DNA of 64,000 nucleotides, the filler included, from Globobulimina sp. (taxonomy: Eukaryota), in the NCBI GenBank assembly GCA_003354225.1. It is 10 parts of 10 records of this genome, joined end to end, with 100 filler letters (N's around TTAATTAATTAA, not from the genome) between each part and the next. Parts side by side here need not be neighbours in the genome. Positions count along the whole stretch, not along the records: positions 1 to 6,366 come from PIVH01000301.1; positions 6,467 to 12,830 come from PIVH01000302.1; 8 more parts are not named here. One strand, 5' to 3'. Below, in pieces: positions 1 to 8,650 of this stretch (the first letter of the stretch is position 1; every line of letters starts with the position of its first letter). Position numbers and translations under genes: made by a program. The notes under the pieces are model-generated. The model ran no database searches and was not told where the DNA came from. It saw nothing but the letters and a program-made list of their open reading frames with translations.

Positions 1-413
1 TTTCAAGTATGAGAGAGTTTGAATAACTTTTTATTTAAACGAGCTAACGGGAGAAAGGAATTGTAATTTAAATTAAAATTAATTTGGAATAATGTTATTA
101 TGTTTGAAAGAAACAACAAATTGAAAACAATAATAACATATATATATAACCCGTTTCCCGTAGGCTCAAATTTGGTGTTTTAAAGTTATTCGTTGCCGCA
201 AAGAATAAATGTAAACAAAGGAATAAATGTAAATGTAAGGAATGGAATGCGAGAACGAAAGACAAAATTTGAAAAACATATAAGATAACTATAGAAAGAG
301 GAAAAAAGAGAAAGTGTGTGTCAAGTTTTTTTGTTTTCTTTTCTTAAATTCGGAGAGTCAGTCACAACACAAAAGAATGGCAACTTTAGAGAGAAAGGAA
401 GAAGACAGAGAGA

Positions 414-1630
414 TTAAAGCCATGTATATTCATAATTTGATGCCCATGGATCAAGAACTTCGGTGGTAATATGGAAAGAAGTCAAAGGAGGGGCATTTGG
501 ACGCTCCTCAGAACCATGGATCAATTCAAAGATAAAAATGCGAAAATCATCTTCACGATAACGCATATATCGCATACATACATGGGGTAAATTCGATGGT
601 TTCCAGCCGACAAACTTCAACAATTTTGGCTGTGGAATCAACTGCATATTGGACAATGTGGCACCGCCAATACGAAAGGAATAAGCGGTGAAACGTGGAA
701 TGTCGCATTGCGGGGAATTGGAGATGATGGCAATTTTCTTTGCAATTTTGGATAAATGGGCAGTAGTTAACGAAGTACCATTGGAATATCTAAAGACATA
801 GTCATTTGGACCGGTGACATAATCATTGGATCGATGACAACGATCAAGAAACACAGAGAGCAAAAGATATGGATCAATGACAGAGCATGGACAAACTATG
901 GAGGTGCCTGGGATAAATTTGTTGCCACATTTGGAGGATCCGACAAATATGCGTTTATAAATTTTTTTGGATGATTGGTTTTTGAAGGACGCAATGGATA
1001 AAATGAAGTAATACTCCTTGCGATTTAAAGTATGGTCTTTGATTAATTGGATATGTTTGAATCGGAGGCCCTTTTTCTGACAACTCCGAGTGCCGCGGAG
1101 TAACTCGCCAGGACGGGGCATGGTGCAAAAGTACAATTGGGCCAACAGGACATGCAACAAATTATTAATATTGATGGTAAGGAGATGTTTGGCGTAGGCT
1201 TTATAATGCATTGTATAGGCAATAATTTGATTCAATTGGAATGGTAAACGCGTATCGGATTCCTCGGCATATTGTTTTCGGAGATCCTTCTTAAAGCGAC
1301 GATAGTCGCCATTGGTTTTATAGTCAGGTGAATAACCTTTCAACTCACAAATCCAAGTTAAAGTTGACTGCCACGTACAAATGGATTTGATATTGCCAGC
1401 TTGGAGCGTACGTTCGGAGATCCAATACATGGCAACCAATGGATCGAGCGGCATAAGAAAAGGATCTTCGTCCATCATAATACAATATTTGGCAAAATGT
1501 CGTAAACTTGAGACATAATGTTCCTTTGTAGATAATTCTTTATTTGAAAGAATTACTTTATTGATATGGTTTGCATTTTTCTTGTCTTTTCTGGCCATGC
1601 GATTGTTATTCAACCGCACACACATATAAT
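414..1630 (-). CDS. Tyrosine recombinase of element A (predicted exon from CAG acceptor at 1631; ATG at 1625)
   Basis: Motifs MPRPGELL (catalytic R), AYSFRIGGAT (HxxR box with Y), VGW, MRY (nucleophile Y); aligns with ORF 52059-53323. Confidence 0.92.
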
Positions 1631-2056
1631 CTGAATATGTATAAAAGTTGTATACAATTTAGAACACTCTGAAAAGTGCGGTCAGTGTTTCCACAAATCA
1701 AACAAAATGAAAGGAGAGTTGAAATAAAGGAAAAGACAAACAGTTTTTACTTGTCCTCAATTATGTATACAAAGAGGGAAAGAAAGCTGACCATAAAAAT
1801 TATTGACGGCTGGCCTTCCCGAAATTGAGAGGGTTTAAGGTCAGTTTCAGCCAATTTAGAACTGCATAACGACAGCAGAAGACAACAGGAATTTAAAAGT
1901 TACACAGAAGAGAGAGAAGTTTTTTTCAGACTTCAAAGTTTATTTTGCATCAAAGTTTTGAATGTAGGAGGAGAGAGAGAGGAGAGGAAGCAATTGCAAA
2001 TTGGGTGAAATTGAATAAGTTGTAAGGAATTTGTGTCGAAATTGGTTTGGAAACGC

Positions 2057-3861
2057 TTAGTAATCCATATAGAATGGATATGGTGAATGGTGACGTTGGC
2101 GTATTGGCAGACGAAGCCAAGTCACAAATTTCTTATATTCATCCATGTCGCGTTGATGAAATTGTGTTTTTGATTCCATAAATGAGAAATCAGAGAAATA
2201 GGACGGTGATACTTCAGTTAAATGGAGATTATATTGGGAATGCAAGCGATTGAAAGCAGGCATATCATATCGAGAGAGTAAATCAGCAAAGTCATTAAAT
2301 TCGGATGGAATCCATTCGAAGAATATATAGATTTTATATTTGATTAACAACAAACATAATTCGTAAATAAACATCATCACTGAATAGCGACTGGACCATT
2401 TTCGCGTCATTGCATAAAAGCAAATGGAATTATCAATATATAAATGGACAGATTTACCAGTTAAGACATGTTTGTATGTCTCAACCAAAGAAAGGACACA
2501 GTGAGCCTCCTTTTGATGGATCTTCCACTGTAAATGCTGTTGTCTGAATTTATATTTAGCAAACACAGAATCAACGACAAAGCCAGCGCCCATATTGCAG
2601 GCATCTGAGGCCGCATAGATATTTATGGAGGGTTTTTGGATCAAATTCATTATAGGAACAGAGCGAAGATAAAATGCATATTTTAACCAGAATTTGAGGT
2701 CATTTATGATCGAAAGCGGGAGGATTATCCAATCAGATTTACGTATGACACCATTGCGGATATTCTGATGGATATAATACATGGAATTGTAAACCAAGGC
2801 CTTCGTATTGGGGTTCAACTGACTCCAATGCATAATTTTGCCAGTCAAGGATTCCAAGGCCCGACCAGACACAACGCGATATTGGATAACCCAAGTTATG
2901 AACTTCTTTAATTGGAGGAAAGCTTTATGTGGAATCTGCGCAGTTTGATCACGAAGGTTCCATTGGACACCGTGGACAATGGATTCCTGGCAGGAATGGA
3001 CAGATTTGCCGTGAGAAATGGTGACATTTAACTCTTTGAATAAATCATCAAAGATAGCTTCCATTAATTGGCAATCTTGTTTGGTATTGGCAGCCATGGT
3101 GAAATCATCAACATGGACACGGATAGAATTTAATAAATGGGGATATTTATCGGCTAATTTGCAATTATTGACGATCCAAATAAGCAAAGTGGCAAAATAT
3201 TGACAGTTTGCAGGAGCAGACGATACGCCATAAGGCTGCTTTCTGTCTCTAAAGCGGAGGCCAAAGAGGGAATAACCGAGGAAATTGGAATCGATCTCAG
3301 GCAAACCGATTTGCCTAAAAAAGTCAGCCAAATCACGTAAGGCAAAATATTTCTTATCATGGAGCAATTTGGCATAATCCTTCAAATTTGGGAGATCTTT
3401 CATGGCACATTTTTCTTTACGAATCCATTGGTTGATAGCGGTGGTATTTATTGTATGGAAGGAGCCATTGCGAATCACTCGGACTTTCGTATAAAACCCC
3501 AAATGATCTTTCTTGGGGACACAAAAGATCATAATTACATAATGAGGATCATGGTTAATAGGTTCAATTTGGCCGTTTTCACATTCGGCAACAATTTTAT
3601 CGACGATGGCAATTGCTTCATTTATGGAATTTGCTCTGTTATAAATATATTGAGATAAATTGGACGGATTCTCCTTTTTATTGAACGTTTTCAACCAAAG
3701 CGGGAAACCGTTTTTGATAAATTGTAACTCGACTTTCCCATTTTTCTTTGTTTTCAAATATTTTTCGAAGGCGGCAATATTTAAAGAATTCTTATATTTC
3801 GAACCTTCGCTGTGTAGGGTCTGTAACCGAGCGACTTTGGTGGCGAGTTCCGGAGATATTT
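2057..3861 (-). CDS. Reverse transcriptase-RNase H of element A (predicted exon from TAG acceptor at 3862)
   Basis: RT motifs FCVPKK, RDLADFFRQI, QPYGVSSAP, HVDDF; DIRS-type RNase H ASDAC, HQKEAH, YIDNS, WIPSEFNDFADLLSR. Confidence 0.95.
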
Positions 3862-4293
3862 CTAATACAATATAACAGAGGCAATGTACAGAAAGAGAAA
3901 CGTTTCTGATAAGTTGCGGTATACACAAAGGGAGACCGAAGTTAAAGGGACAGTGAATCTGCAAAGTTTGATTCAATTTTGAAGGAGAAACTGGAGAAAA
4001 ATTGAAATTGAAAAATTAAATAAGTTAATGCGAGCAGACTTTGGCTCAACACATAAGTTTGACCAATACATATAAATACAACATAGAAAAGTCAACACAG
4101 CACAAGAAATTGTTTGTGACTGAGAAAACTATAAAATTGGTAGTTTCGAACGATTGAATGTGATAAAAATATATAAAAAAACCCATTCCCAAATAAATTG
4201 ACAGTAATAATGGTATATAATGTGACCAAAACATAAAATATAATGTGATACATATTATGAATAAAATTAATTTGAAAGAGATTAATATTGAAT

Positions 4294-5288
4294 TTAAGAT
4301 GATTTTGAGGCCAATTCACAATTACATAATGGATGCTTTTCACCTGAATGTAATACACATTCATGTTTCTTGGGACAATCATCACCTTTTCTACATTCCC
4401 CAGTGGCGTTATAGAAAGCACATTTATCGCTTTTCCTAAAATCAAAAGACGTACCTGAGTCGCGCAATAAATGTGTGATTTTCTTCGAATTTAATATCAT
4501 CGGATTTCCTTGCCAGCGTTGGGCAAAATTCTCATGATGTGGACGATCATTCGGCGTCGGATTGGACGCTCTGTCATGATTTTTATTCCTCCGATTGTTA
4601 TATGGCTTCTTTTTATCAAATTGCTTCTTTTCTTTTGGTTTCTTAGGTTTCTCGGAAAAATGCACGTCGTCGGGCTTGAACGAGGAAAAATTGTCAGATA
4701 AGAACGAGATAAACGACATATTCGAGTTGCGACAGTTCGTATTTTGGAGCCAATTTGAGGAGAATGTGGAGTATAATGATTTGTTTTGATTGATGGCAAT
4801 TTGGACGCCTTTTTGGAACCAAATCCATAAATCTTGTGGTTGAAAGGATAAATCTTTCATTAATGGATGCAATAAATTGATTGTTTTATTTAAATCAAAG
4901 CTTTTATAATCCAAATAAACGCGAATTTCACGGTATAATAATTGCTGTGTTTCTGAATTTGGTAATAATTTATTTAAACGCGAGGATAAATCAAAAATAA
5001 AATCACGCACAAAATTGAGTGTATGAATAAGATTCCACTTTGATTTGAACAGCGAGGTTAATTCCGAGGTTGGTGATAATTTATCAATGTATTTCATTGA
5101 TTTGTTCGCATATTTACAAATCCGATATGTCAATGCAATGAAGGAAAAGTTAGGTTGAACGACGCCATTAATAAATTTAATAATTTGTATGTAACATAAT
5201 ATAATGTCAGACTGCTTGATTGATGATTGCAATTTGGCGGAATTGGACGGAGCATTTAAATTTAATATTTGTTTGAGAGTGATAGGAT
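4294..5288 (-). CDS. Gag-like zinc-finger protein of element A (predicted exon from TAG acceptor at 5289)
   Basis: C-terminal CAFYNATGECRKGDDCPKKH (CCCH) followed by CVLHSGEKHPLCNC knuckle; basic/Asn-rich linker; lies upstream of RT. Confidence 0.82.
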
Positions 5289-5608
5289 CTATTAATTGGT
5301 GGTCAAATTTGTATAAAAAATTGTGTTTCTCATTGAAAAGTTGGGTTTGCATAAAAATTGTATACAAATTGAAACGTTTGGAGAGAAATAAAAACGTACA
5401 GAAAAGGGTAGTTACAGATCACAACTCCATTTTTTCGAAGTACGAAGGAGAGCAAAAAAGACAGAAAAGACATAAATTTTCGTGGTATCAATAGAAAGAA
5501 GGGGTCAATCCAAGCAAACTAAAGAAGAAAAAGAATGACTTACAATGAGATTTCAACTCAACTGAAGAAAAAGAGAAAGTATATAATAGAGAAATGTATA
5601 CAAATTAC

Positions 5609-6366
5609 CTTCTAAATCCTGAACGATATCACGGCCAGTAATTTTGCGACCATTTTCGGTTAATTTGGAATTAATTAATTTATTGATAATGGAAACCTCG
5701 GCATCAACGACCTGATTGATTGCCAAGTCAACCATCGTCAAGGTACAATCTTGTTTTTTCTTTTTATCCACACCGGGAGCACACAATAAATATTTATCCA
5801 TAGTAATAAGGCGCTGTAAGTTGTTGGTATTGGGGTTAAATTGAAAGATGGGTTTGTTGGAATACTGCTTTCTATCCAACTCACGCCGTAATTGATGGTG
5901 TTGCTGTCGTACTTGCTCAGAAATGGAGGATCTGAACGAGGCCAAATCTTCTTTGGTGAGAGCATCCGGATTTTGCTTTGTTTCCGGAGGAGCGATAAAT
6001 TCTGGAAATCGAAAACGTGAATGAACGGCAGTGGTCGAAACAGGTTTTTCCTGCTTTTCTTCGGAACGACCGATGGTGGTGACTTTGTTGCGTTTGGTGG
6101 AGCGGATTGGCGATGGAGAACGACGACGTTTGTTTCGATTTGAATGCGGGGAGTATTTATCAACTAAAATTTGAGGGATTTCTCTGTTTTTCAGGATTGT
6201 GGGGAATTTACTTAAATTGACAACATTCACTTTTTTGTCAATGACACCTCGTTTTAATAATCGATGCTGAATAGTCGGTGAAATTTGGGCAACAAATTGG
6301 TGAGCCTGCGCTGAATTTGATACTTTTGCAATGGACTCAATACTTTTAACGATGGGAGAATTGGTT
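5609..6366 (-). CDS. Leader ORF/exon of element A (open to the contig end; ends at GAAG|GT donor at 5608)
   Basis: Frame is open from 6365. The block RLITMDKYLLCAPGVDKK...IVQDLE resembles KLVTLQSHAISALTVDRS...LVTKVE in element B, and the similarity stops at the GT. Confidence 0.72.
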
Positions 6367-6466
6367 NNNNNNNNNNNNNNNNNNNNNNNNNNNNNNNNNN
6401 NNNNNNNNNNTTAATTAATTAANNNNNNNNNNNNNNNNNNNNNNNNNNNNNNNNNNNNNNNNNNNN
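6367..6466. other. Artificial contig spacer N44-TTAATTAATTAA-N44; repeated at 12831, 19295, 25756, 32217, 38676, 45125, 51571 and 58015
   Basis: Identical 100-nt cassette with stops in all frames; flanking contigs are non-increasing in length (6364, 6364, 6361, 6361, 6359, 6349, 6346, 6344). Confidence 0.99.
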
Positions 6467-6791
6467 AACAAGATATTCAACATAGAATCAGTGCATTTAA
6501 ACATTGGATATTACAAAGGGAAGAGAATAATATTTTAGTTATTGGACATTCTCGATGGTTTCGCCAATTCGTAGCATCCATGTTTAAATTAAATAATTGC
6601 GGAATGATAAAAGTTGAATTGCATGGATATAAAATACATAAATGGGAATACATTGATTTTGAGCAAATTCTACAAAATAAAACCAAAATCAACAAAATTA
6701 TTCAACAAAATATTTAAATATCAGTGCAAGGATAAATAATAAAGTCAAGTCAAGTCAAGACATATCTGCTAACTGCTGTTGTCTGCTGAGG

Positions 6792-7961
6792 ATGGCCTCA
6801 AGACAACAATATTCGAAAGGTTTAGCTGGGATAATTGCGGGAGAAACAGCGATAGCTACAGTTGGTAAAAAAGGTCATGGATTAATGTATCGTGGATATT
6901 CAATAAATGATTTGACCAAAAATTGTATATTTGAAGAAATTGCATTTTTGTTAACGCGCGGATACTTACCAAATGTGGATGAATTAAAAAAATATAGATC
7001 GAAAATAAATTCATTATTTGAATTGCCAGGAACAATTCGAAGAATTCTAGAGTTAACACCAAAAGATTGCCATCCAATGGATGTGTTAAAAACATGTTGT
7101 TGTGTTTTGGGTACATTATATCCAGAAAAAGATATAAATTCAAAAAATGAAACATTAAATATTGCCGACAGATTATTGGCCACATTTCCATCAGCAATTG
7201 CGTATCATTATAATTATCATTTTAATCAACTTATTATTGATACGGCAGCAATATCGGATGATGATAGCATTGCAAATCATTTTATATGTTTATTGCATAA
7301 GGCGTCGACAAAGGGAGCTCGAGTTACCATCACCGATGATATGAGGTCCTGTGTGGATATGTCATTGATATGTTATGCGGAACACGGATTTGCTGCATCA
7401 ACCTTTGCGTCCCGCGTAACAACATCGACTTTATCTGACTCATATTCAGCAATTTGCAGTGCCATTGGCACTTTGCGTGGGCCATTACATGGCGGGGCAA
7501 ACGAGAAAGCATTTTATTTAATAAATTCATATCAAAATGTGGTGGAAGCAAAACAAGGGATTGCAAATAAATTAAAATCAAAAGAAAAGATAATGGGATT
7601 TGGACATCGTATTTATAAAAAATGTGATCCGCGAAGTGAAATAATGCAATCGTGGGCCGATAAATTATCCAAAGATAAATCAAATATATTTTCAAGAAAA
7701 GATTTATGTGAAATTGCAAATATTATACAAGACACAATGTGGAAAGAAAAGAAATTATTTCCAAATGTAGATTTTCCAGCGGCAATGGCTTATCACCAAT
7801 GTGGAATACCAACAAAATTGTTTACGCCGTTATTTGTTTGTGCACGGACTGCCGGTTGGTTTGCTCATATTATTGAACAAAGATCAAGCAACAGATTAAT
7901 AAGACCCTCTTCAATATATATTGGACCACATTTAAAAAAATTTAAGACTTCAAAATTATAA
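6792..7961 (+). CDS. prpC: 2-methylcitrate/citrate synthase, short bacterial PrpC-type, with C-terminal PTS1 (SKL)
   Basis: GLAGIIAGETAI, LMYRGY, HPMDVL, YAEHGFAASTFASRV, GPLHGGANE, IMGFGHRIY, DPR, FPNVDF, RLIRP; ends TSKL; intronless. Confidence 0.9.
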   Translation: MASRQQYSKGLAGIIAGETAIATVGKKGHGLMYRGYSINDLTKNCIFEEIAFLLTRGYLPNVDELKKYRSKINSLFELPGTIRRILELTPKDCHPMDVLKTCCCVLGTLYPEKDINSKNETLNIADRLLATFPSAIAYHYNYHFNQLIIDTAAISDDDSIANHFICLLHKASTKGARVTITDDMRSCVDMSLICYAEHGFAASTFASRVTTSTLSDSYSAICSAIGTLRGPLHGGANEKAFYLINSYQNVVEAKQGIANKLKSKEKIMGFGHRIYKKCDPRSEIMQSWADKLSKDKSNIFSRKDLCEIANIIQDTMWKEKKLFPNVDFPAAMAYHQCGIPTKLFTPLFVCARTAGWFAHIIEQRSSNRLIRPSSIYIGPHLKKFKTSKL

Positions 7962-8062
7962 AGACTTGCAATTGAAAAATACATTTTGATATGCGAATTT
8001 GCCTAATTTTATCATTGAAACAAATAATCCTTGCACATCAGCATGACTTTAACAATTTATTT

Positions 8063-8359
8063 TTAATCATCATATGAAGGTATTTGGTCGTATCTATATC
8101 CTTTTTTGCCCAGCCATGTGAAAAAAATAATTGTCGATGCATAAGACCCGGGAATAAATGTAATACCACCAAGTGTCCAAAATGGTATTGCTTCATATGT
8201 CCCCCATTCTAACCATGTTATAAATCCAGCCAAAAGAAAACAACATCCAAAGATTAACAAAAATGTTGCCATTAATGTAGTTTTAGGCGGTAATGCTTTT
8301 TTTCCAAATGTTTGTTCATATGTAACTGGCCTGAATTTACGCTTGGTTTCCCAACACAT
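8063..8359 (-). CDS. TMEM230/TMEM134-family small membrane protein
   Basis: Two TM segments, then FIPGSY...GKKGYRYDQIPSYDD, typical of the family; ATG at 8359. Confidence 0.8.
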   Translation of the reverse strand: MCWETKRKFRPVTYEQTFGKKALPPKTTLMATFLLIFGCCFLLAGFITWLEWGTYEAIPFWTLGGITFIPGSYASTIIFFTWLGKKGYRYDQIPSYDD

Positions 8360-8650
8360 TTCTATTTTTAAATTCCTGATTTCTGAGTAAATAATAGTTA
8401 AACGTTTTTGTGGTGGTGTAGTTAAAGTAACTCTCATGCACAACACGTTGGAGCTAAATGGAAATGACAGAAGTTACGATAGTCAGTGTTTGTTGTTTTT
8501 GCTTATAAACGATTATGTCATATGTTTTTTATACGCATTAATTAACAACAAACTGTGTCCGCAAATTAAAAATCTACAAATATTTTAATAAAATATATAA
8601 TACAGATTCCTACATTAATATCATATAAAAAAGAATCATATTTTGATAAT

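Larger units (their letters stand above)
414..6366 (-). mobile_element. Tyrosine-recombinase retrotransposon (Ngaro/DIRS-type), element A; 5' end cut by the contig end
   Basis: Same-strand order leader ORF > CCCH/zinc-knuckle gag > RT-RNaseH > tyrosine recombinase; no integrase or protease seen; a homologous element with the same layout lies at 52059-58014. Termini not located. Confidence 0.93.

Noticed and set aside
414-3976. RT plus tyrosine recombinase read as a bacterial retron, DGR or phage integrase system
   Set aside because: DIRS-type RNase H, a gag zinc finger and the eukaryotic context fit a YR retrotransposon; no msr/msd or TR/VR pair was seen.
3863-3976. TTG-initiated N-terminus of RT given by the ORF track (likewise 53165, 54994, 56523)
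   Set aside because: Non-ATG starts are unlikely in this eukaryote, and similarity between the two elements begins at the AG acceptors rather than at these codons.
4300-4330. Phase-1 GT sites at the end of gag suggesting a serially spliced gag-pol-YR polyprotein
   Set aside because: These GTs are simply TGT Cys codons of the zinc knuckle, and no donor exists at the RT end to reach YR. Gag>RT splicing cannot be fully excluded without RNA data.
6367-6466. TTAATTAATTAA palindrome recurring about every 6.45 kb, suggesting nanochromosomes or a regular repeat
   Set aside because: It is embedded in fixed N runs and separates length-sorted contigs, so it is an assembly concatenation linker. ORFs that run through X residues are artefacts.
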